Below, in pieces: positions 36,624-50,934 of a DNA stretch of 64,000 bases. The notes beneath the pieces are model-generated. The model did not search any database, was not told the origin of the DNA, and worked only from the letters and a program-made list of their open reading frames with translations. The number at the start of each line of letters is the position of its first letter. Position 1 is the stretch's first letter. The position numbers were made by a program, and so were the translations under genes. The DNA lies in contig JARDVH010000084.1 of assembly GCA_030324005.1 (NCBI GenBank), positions 68,165,519-68,229,518 of the forward strand, in the 5' to 3' direction. The stretch is from Negaprion brevirostris (lineage: Eukaryota).

Positions 36624-39600
36624 CTCTATAGGGGCAATGGGCGTATCAAGGTCAATATATCAATGTAGTATAGGGAAATAGAGAAATTCATTTCATGGTA
36701 CATTGGTGTACTTTGGGGACACCAATCACTCCTATGTATCAGATTGTAATGTACTACAGTGACATTGAGTATTCCATGACACAATATAGTTACTTTGTGG
36801 ATATCGTAGGATACCTTGTGGTGTATTTGGTAGCATCCATGCCTCTGAGCAAGAAGCTCCGGGTATGAGTACCATCCCAAGACCTGATGGCCAAGGAATG
36901 TGTGGTCATCACACAGTTAAACAGTTTGAGAGTGTCAACATGAAAATCATTCCAACAAGCCAAGAGTGGGAGAAACTCTTGGTCAGCCACACTTAATGTG
37001 GAGTGGTGCCTCTCAAGCAATATTAGCTATGGAAACAGATGAAAGTCTGCCTTAGTGCACCACTAGGTATGGAAAGAGGATTAGAACATCGATGTTGAGA
37101 CCTCTGTGGCAAAATTTATTATGCAGAAAAATATAGAATATATACAACATAGAGATAGAACCTTCTTGACATTATGTCCCATTGAAGCCTCCTCTTCATC
37201 TAACTCTAACAACAGTTCCCCTCTATGTCAGTGCCCCTCTTTTGGTTGTCTGTTTCCACTTAAATACTTCTATAAGATTCACCTTGAGTTTGTCAAAGAA
37301 CTCCACATTGTCCCCACTCTCTGGGTAAAAACATTTATCAGAACTTTGGATTTCTTGTTGACTATCTTATATTCAGGTCTTTGTCATGTGGGAAGACTTA
37401 TTGGAATTCAATCCAGTCCATAGGACTGGGCTATAGGGTGGGGTGAGTTATGGGGGTTGGAGGGTGAAGATGGTGTGAATCAGGAAGGAATGCAGGGGGC
37501 TGGGGTACCCATCCTTCCTGCCTACAATTCAGTCAGGGGCATGGAAATTTGAGAATGTCCTTTCCACCTAGAGGCTAATTAGGCTCTTAAGTGGCCTGAA
37601 ATGGACCTGTTAAGGACCTCATTTAAAAAAAATCTTTCAAGTGGGCATCATTGACAAGACTAGCATTTGTTGCTCATTCCCAATCGTTCTTGAGAAGGTG
37701 GTTGTAAGCCACTTCCTTGAACCACTGCAATCATCTATTTTGTATAGGTACATCCATGGTGCTATTAGGAGGTTATTTCAGGATTTTAACCCAGAGATAG
37801 TGAAGGAATGGTGATATAGTTTTGAGTCAGGATGGTGTGTGTCTTAGGAACATAGAAGCAGAGTAGGCCATTCTGCATTTATCTGCTTGTTCCACCATTC
37901 AAACAGATTGTGGCCGATCATCTACTTCTGATTCAGCCACTATCCCTTATGTCATTTATATNNNNNNNNNNNNNNNNNNNNNNNNNNNNNNNNNNNNNNN
38001 NNNNNNNNNNNNNNNNNNNNNNNNNNNNNNNNNNNNNNNNNNNNNNNNNNNNNNNNNNNNNAGTCTGGTGAACCCCCTGTTACACTTCGTCTTTGAAAAA
38101 TATATCCTTCCTCAGATAAGGAGACCAAAACTGTACACGATACTCCAGGTGCAGTCTCACCAATGTTTTATACAATTGCATCAAGACATCTTTACTCTTG
38201 TAATTAATTCCCCTTGTGATGAAGAGCAACAAACCATTTACCTTTCTAATTACTTGCTGCACCTGTATGCTAACTGTTTTGGTTCTTGAACAAGGACACC
38301 TAGATCCCTTTGAACATTAGCTCTTCCCTATCTCTCACCATTTAAAAAGCACTCTGCATTTTTTTCTACCATTAGGAAAACTTCACACTCATTCACATTA
38401 TGTTCGATTTGCCATGTTCTTGCCCACACACTCAGTCAGCCTGACTAAAACCCTTGAGGTCTCCTTGCATCCTCCTTATAACTCACATTTCACCTGGTTT
38501 TGTGTCATCAGCACATTTGGAAATATTACATTTAGTCTCCACATCCAAATCATGGCTGTGACTTCAGCACTGCTTCTTTGTGATATGCCACTAGTCACAT
38601 CCTCGCATTCGGAGATGACTCATTTATTCCTACTCTGCTTTCTGTCTGTTAACCAATTCTCAATCTATACAAATATACCAATTCCACGTGCTCTGATTTT
38701 GTTACTAATTTCTTGGACTTTATCAAAAGCCTTCTTACTCTACTTCTACTTACTCTGGTTCTCTTTTATGCTCCAGGTAACATCCTCAAAAAAATTCCAA
38801 TAGATTTGTCAAACACGATTTCCCTTTCATAGAATCCATGTTGACTTTATCCCATCATTTAATTATTTTTTGAGTATACAGTTATCAGATATTTTTCAAT
38901 AGATTCAAACATTTTCCCTATTACTGACTTCAAACTACCAGGTTTGTAGCTTGCCATTTTCTCTCTCATCCCTCCCTTCTTAAATAGTGGGGCCACAACT
39001 GCAGGAACTTTTCCAGAATCCATAAAAGTTTGAAAGTAGCCATCAATGCATCAACTCTCTATATAACCACGTCCTTCAATGTTCTGCAATGTAGCTTATC
39101 TGGTTCAGAGGATTTATCAACCTTCAATTCAATTCATTTTTTGAATATACCTCATTATTAATGCTAATATTTTTCAGTTCTTCATTTTTGTAAGTCCCTT
39201 GGTTCTCTAATTTCTCCAGGAGGTTTTCTGTATTTTCCTCCAGGGCACAAAGTTTTTCTGCTGTCTCCTATTCTCCAGTATACGTTCTCCTGCCCATATC
39301 TGGAATGCACTCACAATTGTCCCAGGTAACTTTTTCCTTTTCACATACCGAAGGAAGCTTTTGCAAAGTCTTTACGTTCCTTGCTAACTTGCATTTGTTG
39401 TGTATGTGTAATTGTTTCTGACCAATTTGACAACAAGAACGATTTCTGAGATGCCTCATCGTGGGTTATTTAATAAACCAATGCAGCTTTATTCTCAAGG
39501 TATTGCCTGATTGAATTCCAACTTAGAAGAGAGATAAGAATCCACAAATGCCTCTGGTGATGTCACAGCATGTGACTAATCACACAGCGATGCATTGCTT

Positions 39601-40064
39601 TATAATGCAGAACAACACTCACATTCTCTTTTCGCTTTCTTTATCAGATTCTTGGTCCTCCTTTCCTGGATTCTAAATCGCTCCTAATCCTTAGAGTTAC
39701 CACCCTTCTTTGGAAATTTATAGGCCACATTCTTTGATCTAATGCAATCTTTATCTTCTTCTGTTTGCCATGGTTAATCTACCTTTCCTGTTGGGTCTTT
39801 GTGTCTTTGAGGAATATATCCCTATTGTAGGTAATGTAATTTTTTTTACATTATTCTGCATTTTGGATCCTGTTTGATGCTGCCTTTTGCTTAGTCTGCC
39901 TTTTAATCTTACTTACTACTTTCTTATTTCCTATTGCCAGTTTTGCTTCCTTCCAATCTGAGCCCCTTTCATGTTTTCAACCCCATTTTAATCTAGTTTT
40001 ATCCTTCCAAATAGCACTAGCAAACCTCCCTACGAGAATGCTAGTCCCAGTCCTGCAAAGTTTT

Positions 40065-40495
40065 TTTAATTCAATTGTGGGACATTGGCACTACAGGCTA
40101 GCCAGCATTTATTGCCCATTCTTAGTTTCCCTTGGAAGTCAATTGAGAGACATATACATTGCCTTGGCTCTGGAGTCACATGTAGGTCAGAATGGGTAAG
40201 GACAGTAGATTTTCTTCTCTAAAGGACATTAGTGAATCAGGTAAGTTTTTCCAGCAATCAACATGGTTTCCTAGTCATCAGTAGACACTTAATTCCAGAT
40301 ATTTTAATCTGCCATGGCAGANNNNNNNNNNNNNNNNNNNNNNNNNNNNNNNNNNNNNNNNNNNNNNNNNNNNNNNNNNNNNNNNNNNNNNNNNNNNNNN
40401 NNNNNNNNNNNNNNNNNNNNNTGGCAGATTTGATCTTGGGTCCCCAGAACATTAGCTGAGTTTCTGGTTTAACAGTCTAGGCCAACACCTCCCCA
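40065..40495 (-). mobile_element. tRNA-derived SINE, second family
   Basis: Reverse homologue of 7265-7510 with the ATTTATTGCCCAT tail. Confidence 0.7.
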
Positions 40496-41261
40496 TTCAT
40501 CTTGCAAAGGTCTCTCCTGGTCCAGAACTTGCCCCAATATCTCAAAAATCTGATGTCCTATTTCCTACACCAATTCTGCAGCCACATGTTCAATCACTCA
40601 ATCTTCTAATTCCTTTGCTCACTGACATGTGGCACTCAGGGTAATCTTGAGAGTACTGCTTTGAAGGTCCTGCTTTATAATTTCTTTTCTAATTTTCCTA
40701 CTGATGTTAGCATCAATGTTGGCCACGACCTCAGGCTGTTCATCCTTTCCCAGAAGGCTGTCTTGCATCCCCTTCCATGATATTCTTGATCCTAGCACCA
40801 GGAGGCAACATAACATCCTGGAGTCATGTCTATGACTGCAGAAATGCCTGACTGTTCCCCTAACTAATGAGTCCTCTATCACAAGTGTTCATTTTACTCT
40901 TCTTTCTCCCTCTTATGCCGTTGCATCACCATGGTGCCATCAACTTGGCTGTTGCTGCCGTACTCCTCTGAAGAACAATCACTCTCACCTGAATCCAAAA
41001 TGGAAAACTGGTTGGCGAACAAGATCGACTTAGGGGATTCCTGTGCAACCTGCCAGGTTATCTTAGCTGCCCAGTGATTACCTGTTCCATCTCTGCTTGC
41101 ATGTTCCTAATGTGAGGTGTGACCACCTCCTTAAACATGCTATCCATAGTTTACTGCCTCACAGATACACCACAGTGATTCCAGTTGCCGCTCAAGTTCT
41201 GAAACACTGCAGTGACACTTCCTGCAGATTTGTTAGTCTAGACTTTTTGATGCAACCACAA

Positions 41262-41610
41262 AATCCCTACATTGCAGAAAGAAGCCATTTGGCCTATGGA
41301 ATCTGCGCCCACCCTCTGAAAGAGCATCCCATCCTGGCTCTCTACCCTATCCCTGTAACCCCGTACATTTACCAAAGCTAATCCACCTAACGTACACATC
41401 CTTGTGACGCTAACAGGCAATTTAGCATGACCAATCCACCTATGCTGAGCATCTTTGGATTGGGGGAGGAAACTAGAGCGCCTGAAGAAAACCTACGCAG
41501 TCACAGGGAAAACTTGCAAACTCCAAGTTTTATTCACCCAAACTTGGAATTGAACCGAGTTCCCTGGTACTGTGAGGCAGCAATGCTAACCACTGTACCA
41601 CCATGCCATC
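41262..41610 (-). mobile_element. HE1-like SINE
   Basis: Reverse A/B boxes 41545-41610, V-domain, CR1-type tail. Confidence 0.8.
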
Positions 41611-42987
41611 CATGACTTCCCACATTCCACAGGAAGCACATTCCACTTGGCTGAGCTGCCCTGTCAAAAGTTAACGGCAAACTATTCATTAGAAGTACAA
41701 AAATGTATCAGTTACTCACCAATCAGCTTCTTCCCCTGTTCCAAAGATAGAATCAAATACTGGAGGTTTAAAGAGGTACACTTAGGGTTCTGATGACTAC
41801 CTCTGTCTAGTCCAACAAAGTTGATTTTTCAGGAGTTTAGCTTGAATGGCTGTGGAGTTGGCTTCAAGGAGGATGCTAGCGTTTACTTGATAATCTTCCA
41901 TTGAAGCTGGAGGATATGGGGAAGGCATCTAACAAAAGTCCTAGTGTACAAACAGTGAGCACCCCCACACTCCTGCACTAGAGTGGGACCTGGACTATTT
42001 ATTATTGACATTCCAAAGATGTGTGGCTTAGGTTGATTGGCCATGCTAAATTGCCCCTTGATGTCAGGGGAACTAGCAGGGTAAATATGTGGGTAAGATG
42101 AATAGGGTCTAAGTGGGACTGTTATTGGTGTAGGCTCGATGGGCTAAATGATCTCCTTCTGTCCTGTATGTACCCAATGATTCTATGATTATTTAAGAGT
42201 GTTAGTGAAATTCTATCAGAAATGCTTCATTGATAGGAATATGAACAACAATGATCCAACATTGCCGACACTGAAATTTGTAGGACCCATTTATTATCTT
42301 TTTCCACTCTGAATAGCTATCTTTACCCCCTATTTTGTCTTTTTAGTCATCCAGCTATCTATTTTGCTACATATCCCCTGAATCCACATGCTCTTATACA
42401 TTCATTAGTNNNNNNNNNNNNNNNNNNNNNNNNNNNNNNNNNNNNNNNNNNNNNNNNNNNNNNNNNNNNNNNNNNNNNNNNNNNNNNNNNNNNNNNNNNN
42501 NNNNNNNNNGCCGCCGTTTTTTTTGGGCGGGGGGGGTTGGGGGGGGGGTCAGGTTGAGGCTGGCTGCAACAACAGAAGCCAGGTCCCCTACAGGTCAGGA
42601 GCTGTTTAGTCCATTTTTTCCTGCACTAAGTGGATAATAGACTGGATTTGCACTCGCCCAAATCTCCTGTTTTCAACCCCCACCCCCCCTGCAGAGTCTG
42701 TATCTGAATCATCTCCTTCTTAAAGATTACCCATTGTTCCATTCCAGTTTTTTCTGTTAGTCTTGGCATCCATTTTAACCCTGGCTCGATCCCCGCTCAT
42801 CCCACTGATGTCAGCTTTCTTCCAATTTAAAATTTCTGTTTATGATTGTTCTTTGTTCTTGTGCATTGCTTATCTACATCCTATGATACTCCACAGAAGG
42901 AATTCCCTGATACAGTATATTATGAATATTAAGCATTCCATGACACAACATGCAACATGGGACACTATATGACATAGTACATTAAAG

Positions 42988-43751
42988 CAGGCTTTCTAAA
43001 CTGGGAGTTCTGTGGTCTGCTATGAGTCTGTGAGATGGTTTCAAGTGTCCACCAAAAGTAAGCAGACTATGAATCCAAAAGTAAATGCTGTAATGGAGCA
43101 AAAAGAATTTGTATTGGGACAAGATGTGGCTGTGATGTTTTGTCAATCAAGGCACACCATCCAATGACAGTGAGTCAAAGCTAGAGGTCTCCCTATTTTT
43201 GCTCAGGTTTTGGTTGAAGAGTGGAAAAGAGTGAGGAAAGCAAGCCAGCCTGGCAGCTGGACACAGAATGCAGAGTGTGATCCGAGAAGAAAGGAATGGA
43301 TGGATGAGCCACTCAATCTTTGCTAGGCAAACAGCACAGATAGTCATTGCCAGAGAAAGAGACCGTGGTTTCAAGATTAGTCTCTTGTTCCCCCAGTGAC
43401 ATGATTATGATAATACATCAAATTAGTTGCCAAAGTTTTCCATCTGTCCAGATATTCTTTATACTTCTGATTACTCCTGAGTTCCACCCCAGGCATGTGA
43501 TTTCATTCTTCCCCCAACACCCAGTAACAGTCAGGAATTACTTGCAAATCGGAAAGATAATTATGTGAGGTATTCCTGGTGCGTCAGATAATAGAGAAAA
43601 TAGAGAATCTTCACTTGAGGGAAAAGACTGGAGGGTGGTCATCAAGTTATAAGTAAAACAAGAGTAATAAGAAGAGACTAGCATTAGGTGATCCATGGAA
43701 ATGTTATAAATTGGAAGGGAATCTCAAACACAAAAAGGCTGATAAACCTTG
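42988..43751. mobile_element. hAT-type non-autonomous element with 8-bp TSD
   Basis: Ends CAGGCTTTCTAAACT ... AGGCTGATAAACCTTG; flanks CATTAAAG / CATTGAAA (6/8 identical). Confidence 0.6.
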
Positions 43752-43964
43752 CATTGAAATACTGTAGGTACATTGAGCATTTCAATACATGTATATTAAT
43801 GTCCTAAAGAAATATCAGCTATTCCACTCAATGATACATTAAATTGTAGATTCATGTACTGTAGGGAAGTCAGATAACCATAGGGAGATCAGCCATATCA
43901 CAGTACATTAATGTTCCATTTGACCCTTGAGCATTCCATGCCACGCTATCTTAATGTATAATAG

Positions 43965-44945
43965 GAACAGAAGTTGACTATCCAACCCCTTCAATGTACT
44001 CCACCATTCAATGATATCATGGCTTATTTACAATCTAACTGTATCCCTTAATACCTTTGGATGACAAAATTCTATTAATCTCAGATTTAAAAATTACAAT
44101 TGATCTAGCATCAATTATCATTTGTGGAAGAGAGTTCCAAATTTTTAAAACCTTTGTGAGTAGAAGTGTTTCCTAATCTCTCAAGTGAAAGCTCTGGCTC
44201 TAATTTTTAATATATGCCCCTTAGCGCTAGGCTCCCCAACCAAAATAGAGAAAAATAAATTTTCTATATCTACTCTATCTGTTCCCCCTAATATCTTGAA
44301 AACCTCAAATGAATCATGCCCTAACCATCTAAGTACTAGAGAATATAAACACCAGCACTCATTATCACTTTTGACTGCTTTCTGTTCAGGCCCTATGACA
44401 ATGTATATATCTGGAGCCTAAATCTCTTTGGACTTTCACTGTTTCCAACTTTTCACCCTGTTCTTTCTTTTTTGGTACTAAAAAGGGTAATTTCATGTTC
44501 GCTTATGTTAAAATCCATTTTATCCATCTGCTTAATCTGTAAGTATCTCTTGATAATTTTATGCTTCTACTTTACAATGTTGCCTTTCTTTGTGGCAAGT
44601 TTGGAGAGGTGGTTTTCGATTCCATCATCTGAATTGGTAAAAAAAAAGGAGGAATAATTGAAAGCGCGACACAAACAATTATCCAACACCACTATTCACA
44701 TCCTAACAATCAGAGTGACGGTTCATTATTCATGCTTTCGAATTCCTGCTGCTCAGCTTAGATCAATAATTCTCTTCAATATGGGTTTCAACTTTAGTTA
44801 ACAGTTTCTTACAAGGGACTATATCAAGTCTCTTCTGGAAGTCCATACAAATAATGTGTGTACACTTTCCCCTGTTCAATACGTCAGTCACTTCTTCAAA
44901 ATATTCTATCAGCCATGTCCTTTGCAGATCCATGTGAGCTCTCTC
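43965..44945 (-). mobile_element. Decayed CR1 fragments
   Basis: LIEYFEEVTDVLNRGK..IICMDFQK.LDIVP..KLLTKV (RT) plus CR1 3' sequence. Confidence 0.8.
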
Positions 44946-45159
44946 TGATGAGCTGAACATTTTCAAGGTATTCAGGTGCCACATAATACAGTGCATCAAT
45001 GTACAATAGGAGCATTGAGAATTCTGTAACTTAGGCAATGAATAAAAGACAGAGACATTGAGTGCTCCATGTCACAGAATATTAATGCATTATAGGAACC
45101 TTTACTGTTCCATGCCATATGACAACAACGTACTTATCAAATCATTGAACATCCCAAGT

Positions 45160-45280
45160 GAGATTTTATGGCTTCGCTCATCCTGAAATCGTAAAATCTC
45201 CCCCGAGGTCAACAGACCTTCCCATGTTCCACTCCCTTCCCACTCCGATTCCTGTGGTGGGCAGGTGGTAAAATTCTGGA
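45160..45280. mobile_element. Short MITE (reverse-complement relative at 47708-47832)
   Basis: GATTTTATGGC ... GTAAAATTCTGG termini mirrored in GGCTGGAATTTTAC ... GCCATGAAATCTTGC. Confidence 0.65.
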
Positions 45281-45334
45281 TGCCATCACATAGTATGTGA
45301 ATGTAATATAGGGATGCATGTGATTGTATATTTC

Positions 45335-46255
45335 TTCATTTGTTCATGAGATGTGGATGTCACTGGCAAAGCAAATATTTTTTGGCCACCTCTCATTATT
45401 CTCGGGAAGGTGGCATGAGTTACATTCTTGAACCAGACTATTGTCCAGAATTTGATCCTAGCAACAGTGAGGAACAGGTGAAATATTTTGAAGTCAGGGT
45501 AATAGAAATTGAAGAGCAACTTGCAGTTTATGGTGTTCCCCTGCATATTATTCTTGTGGGTGGTAGAGGTTGTTGGGTTTGAAAGTGCTGTCAAAGAATC
45601 CTTGGCAAGTTGCTGCAGTGCATCTCGTAGATGGTGCCATGATGTGCCAGTGATGGAGGGAGTGAATATTTAAGGTGAGGATAGGGTGCCAATCAAGTGT
45701 CTGGGATGTTGTTGATTTTTTTGAGCATTCTTGGGATGACAATACATCCAGGCAAGTAGATAGCCTTCCATCACAACCTTGACTTGTGCCTTGCAGATGG
45801 CAGACAGGCTTTGGGGAATCAGGTGGGTTACTTGCAGAACTTCCAGCCTTTGACTTGCTCTTGTAACCACAGTATTTATATGGTTGGTCCAGTTAGGTAT
45901 CTGTTCAGTGACGACCCCAAAGACACTGGTAGTGAGTCACTAAAGTGGTAATGCAACTATATGTCAAGGGGAAGTGTTAAACAATTTCTTGTTTGAAATG
46001 GTCATTGTTTGACACTTGTGTGGTACAAATGTCACTTGCCCAAGCCTGCTAGTATGTTGTTCATCCCTTGTTGTATACGGACATGGAGAGCATCAGTATC
46101 TGAGGAGTTGTGGATGTGTAGTTATCAGTAAACATCACCTTGGAGGATAAGTCATTGACAAAGCAGCTGAAGATGTTCAGGCCAAGGTCACTGTCCTGAG
46201 GAATTACTACAGCAGTGTCCAGGGGCTGAGATGGTTGGTTTAAATGCCATAACTA
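45335..46255 (-). mobile_element. CR1/L2-group LINE 3' ~0.9 kb
   Basis: QSLSAICKAQVK.VME motif and reverse tail; same family as 31105-31750 and 57930-58990. Confidence 0.8.
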
Positions 46256-48427
46256 TCTTTCGGTATCTTTTAATAGTGGGTTATAAAATAATCCAGCTAT
46301 AAAAGGAGTTATAAGATTAAAAATAGTGATTCTTCTATGAAGGAGGGATTAAAAATTAAAGGCAGAATTCACCTGCTGGGCACAATTGTGTGCTCAGGGA
46401 CAACAAGATTTCTGAGCATATTCTCTAAAACAAGGCAGTTCTGAAAAGAAATACTGGCCTTCAGCAAGGTGTTAATAAATTGTAAGGCACCACCTTAAGG
46501 ATGACCCTAAACAAGTTCTTAACTGAATCCTAGAAACTGAATATTGCAAGGAGTTGGCAACTGAATGGATCTCTCAGTGTCCTGTTTGATTAAAAGATAA
46601 TGACGAAAACAAAAGATGTTGTTCAGGCTTCCTTCTGGTTTAGCTGTTGCAGGGGATAAATATTAGAACTACAGAGTAGGATTTTTACTTTCATTGGATT
46701 CATTCCAGGATCTCTCAAGGTAAAGGAAGCAGCAATTCCCAAAGAACCTTAGACAGCACCTTCCTCATACACTTCCATCTAGAAGGGCAAGCGCAGCAGA
46801 TAGATGGGAACACCACTACCTGCAAGTTCCCTTCCAAGCCACTCATTACCCTGACTTGGAAATATATTGTCTTCCTTCACAGTGGCTGGGTCAAAATCCT
46901 GGAATTCCCTCCCTAATGGCACTGTGGGTCAACTCACAGCATATGGATTGCAGCAATTCAAGAAGGTGGTTCACCATCATCTTCTCAAGGACATCTAGGG
47001 ATGGGCAATAAATGCTGGCCAGCCAGCAATGCTCATGTCCCAATAAAAAAACAATATGGTACTGTCATGTAATGAGTATAGTTCTCTCTGTATTTGGGAT
47101 AGAGATATCTTAATAAACATGGCAGCTTTCTATGCTGGGATTTAAGGAAATTTTTACTTTAAATTTTGATGGATATCTTAAGTATCTTTTCATAACATTA
47201 ATAAGTCTTGGATTCGCTATTAGAAACAAGATTATGCCTACTTCTCCTAGAATTGTAAACGTTATGATTGAATTACCATGAAAAATGAATTTTATGTTCA
47301 GTTCTTTTATACACTCTTACATAATTTAGAAAATAATTGTTCCATCTAGTTTTCTGGATCAACACTCAAGAATCCACCTCCACCTAATCTTCAGTGGAGA
47401 GGTCATTGTTGAGAGATACCCGAACTCTTATAATATTCAGGCTGTGATAATCTAGCTAAGGTTGGTTAAAGAGGCTACCTGGAAGACAACAATATTTTCT
47501 GTTTTTTCCTTCTCTTCATTACAGAGTTAGATCAGTTCTTCAGATCAGATACAGCTAAATATCTGTGAGACCTGTCTCTTAAGTGATAGTGATCATCTGA
47601 GGAGTACACTTGATCTGGAGTAGTCCCAAAAAGGAGCTAGGGTTAATCCAGTTCAGTAGCACAATAGATTAATTAAGTAGAGGGTTATTGACATGCCTCG
47701 ACATATTGGCTGGAATTTTACTGCCCTGCCCATCATGGGAATTGGAGCTGGTGAGGGGTGGACCATGAAAAGGTTCATTGACTTTGGGTGGCATTTTGAA
47801 GTTTCACGATGAGTGAGGCCATGAAATCTTGCGTACTATATCCATACATTATGGGATGTTGAGCTATCAATGGCATGGTATATAACTGCTGTAGAAGGAA
47901 ATTGAATGTTCCGTGGCAGTGTACTTTAAGGAATATGGGGTCATTAAGCATTCTACAACTTAACATATTAATATATCATACAGACATCAACCTTAAGTGA
48001 TTAAAATATAAGAATATACAGTAGGAGAACTGAGTGCTCCATGTCACCGCATATTATTGAAGTGTAGGAACATTGGCTGCTTCATAACATAGCATAGTAA
48101 TATACTTTAGGGGCACTGAGTATTCCACCATATGGAATACTAATGTACCATAGGAACATTAATAACATGTCATGATGCATGCAATATGCTATTTGTACAT
48201 GGATCATTCCATGATATGATATGCTAATGGGCTAGAAGGATAGCAATTCATTCTAAGGCACAATATAATAGTGTNNNNNNNNNNNNNNNNNNNNNNNNNN
48301 NNNNNNNACATATTGACCTACCATAGAAATGCTGAGAATGCTAAGACATAGGAACAAAAATGGAATAGGAATAAAAACAGAAAAGGCTGGAAATACTCAG
48401 CAGGCCTGGCAGCATCTGCAGAGTTTT

Positions 48428-48625
48428 TGGCTGATATTTTCTGGTGGGATCTTCTGGTCACACCGATGGCACAGCCTCACCATGGTTTCCACAGGGGAGT
48501 AGGATGCATTCACCAAGATACACCATTGACAATAGCAGAACCAGAAGATTCTGCCACTGGCCAACGGTGGGTGGCCTCCCGCTGTCACGAAACTTGGAGC
48601 AGCTTGCATGGTAAATCCACACTTG
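48428..48625. mobile_element. MITE (relative at 56165-56291)
   Basis: GGGATCTTCTGGTC/CCAGAAGATTCTGCCACTGGC internal inverted motifs shared with 56165-56291. Confidence 0.55.
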
Positions 48626-48758
48626 CTTCAGGTTCTTTCACCAAAACTGGCTTGATGTTTGATGGTTCAGTCGCAGTCCGGGGAGGTAGGAGAAAATATG
48701 AGAGTATTGACGTTCAGCATTGGCGAGGCAGTGGTCAGTACTCCAGCCAATAACATGT

Positions 48759-49035
48759 GGGCAGCACGGTGGCACAGTGGTTAGCACTGCTGCCTCAGAG
48801 GGACCCGGGTTCGATTCCTGGCTTGCGTCACTGTCTGTGTGGAGTTTGCACAATCTCCCGGTGTCTGCGTGGGTTTCCTTTGGGTGCTCCAGTTTCCACC
48901 CACAGTGGGTGTGCTGGTTATTGGCATTGAACTGAACAGGCACCAGAGGGTGGCAACTAGGGGGATTTTACAGTAACTACATTGCAGTGTTAACGTAAGC
49001 CTTACTTATGACTAATAAATAAACTTTAAACTTAA
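48759..49035 (+). mobile_element. HE1-like SINE, alternative tail
   Basis: GGGCAGCACGGTGGCACAGTGGTTAGCACTGCTGCCTCA, GGTTCGATTCC, tail GTAAGCCTTACTTATGACTAATAAATAAACTT. Confidence 0.9.
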
Positions 49036-49342
49036 NNNNNNNNNNNNNNNNNNNNNNNNNNNNNNNNNNNNNNNNNNNNNNNNNNNNNNNNNNNNNNNNN
49101 NNNNNNNNNNNNNNNNNNNNNNNNNNNNNNNNNNNGTGATACAGTCCTTGACCAATAATGCTACCCCACCCCCCTTTCTACCTCCCTCTCTACTCCGACT
49201 AAAGCATTTGTAATGGCAATAGTTTCTATTTGGTGACTCTGGGATTGCCTGCTTGACACTCATTATGCAGTGTTATAGAGTCATTACAGCACAGCAAGAG
49301 GTCCTTCGACCCATCGTGTCTTCTCTGGCCATCAAGCACCGA

Positions 49343-49964
49343 GAATCATAGAACCCTGACAGTGCAGAAAGAGGCCATTTGGCCCATCGAGTCTGCAGCA
49401 ATCACAATCCCACCCAGGCCCTATCCCTATAACCCCACAGGCAGCAGGGTGACACACTGCTGCCTCACAGTGCCAGAGACCCGGGTGCAATTCCAGCCTC
49501 CGGTCTCTGTGGAGTCTGCACATTCTCCTGTGTCTGTGTGGGCTTCCTCTGGGTGCTCTGGTTTCCTGCCACACTCCAAAGATGTGCAGGTTAGGTAAAT
49601 ATGTGGGGTTAAAGGGAAAGGGCCTGGGTGGGATTGTTGTCAGTGCAAGTTTGAGGGGTTGAATGACCTCCTTCTGCACTGTAGGGATTTTATGATTCTC
49701 GTTACTAACCCCTTGACACTAAGGGGAAATTTAGCATGGCCAATCCACCTAACCCACAGATCTTTGGACACTAAAGGGGAAATTTAGCATGGCCAACACG
49801 CCAAGCCTGCACATATTTCTAATGTGGGAGGAAACCAGAGCACCCGGAGGAAACCCACACAGGCTCGGGGGACAATGTGCAAACTCCACACAGACAGCGA
49901 CCAGGAACTGAACCCATGTGTCTGACACTGTGAGGAAGCAGGGCTGACCACAGTGCCAGCTGCC
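49343..49964. mobile_element. Plus-strand HE1 SINE (49440-49700) nested inside a minus-strand HE1 SINE
   Basis: Minus tail 49343-49439, complete plus copy, then minus body/head 49701-49964. Confidence 0.8.
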
Positions 49965-50934
49965 ACATTTTATCTGTTCTAATCCCATTTTCCAGCTCTT
50001 GATCTCTGGTGACATTTCAAGTGCTCGTCTAAATGTTTTGTAAATATTGTGAGCTTTCCTGCCTCTATCACCCTTCCAGGCAGGGAGTTCCAGATTCCTA
50101 CTACCCTTTGGGTGAAAAGATTCTTCCTCAAGTCCTCTCTAAATCTCCTGCCGCTGACCTTGAGTCTCTGCCCCCCCGGTTACTGACCTCTCTAACAGAG
50201 GGAAATATTCCTTCCTGTCTATCCTGTCCATGTCCCTCATAATTCTGTACACTTCAATGAGGTTCCCCGTCCCCACCCCATCACTCATCACTTCTCTGCT
50301 CCAAGGAAAACAACCCCAGAGTTACCAGCCTGTCTTCATAGAACATAGAACATAGAACATAACAGCGCAGAACAGGCCCTTCGGCCCACGATGTTGCGCC
50401 GACCAATTAAGAAAAAAGCAATGATCCTCTAACCTAAACCAATCCCTTTCCATCCGTAAACCTATCCACGGACCTCTTAAACGCCCCCAAACTAGGCGCA
50501 TCAACAACTGCAGCACCTAGAACAGGAACATGCCATTCAACCCTTAAAGCCTCTTCCACCTTTCAATTAGATCAGACTTGATCTATATCGTTATTCTGTC
50601 CGCCAATCTTATTTCCATAACTCTCAACCTCTTACCAAACAGAAGTCCATCAATCATTATGAAGAAATTTTCTAGTGGCCCAACCACAGCAGATATCTGG
50701 GGGGGAGACTTCCAATTATCCTTCTCTGAGGTCATGCTTTCCGCCATCAGCCCTGAAAGGCTCAGTTCTCATTTTAAGGTTCTGCTGTCTTGATCTGGAC
50801 TTTACCACCAGCAGAAATAGTTTGTCTCTATTCACCTTATCAAATCCTTAGTTCAGCTTAAAAACCTCAATTAGACCATCCTTTAAAACTTCTGTACTCA
50901 GGAGAATATTAACATTCAAGAGCCTCATTAAGTG

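Larger units (their letters stand above)
37846..41730 (-). mobile_element. Long decayed CR1 LINE (ORF1 esterase + ORF2 remnants) with nested insertions
   Basis: INYKSKDVLMQLYKTLVRLHLEYRVQFWSPYLRKDI (ORF2 C-terminus); IEDSLVRGTVRHFC..DSRMLCCL (ORF1 SGNH-esterase motif); interrupted at ~39455-39620, 40065-40495 and 41262-41610. Confidence 0.85.
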
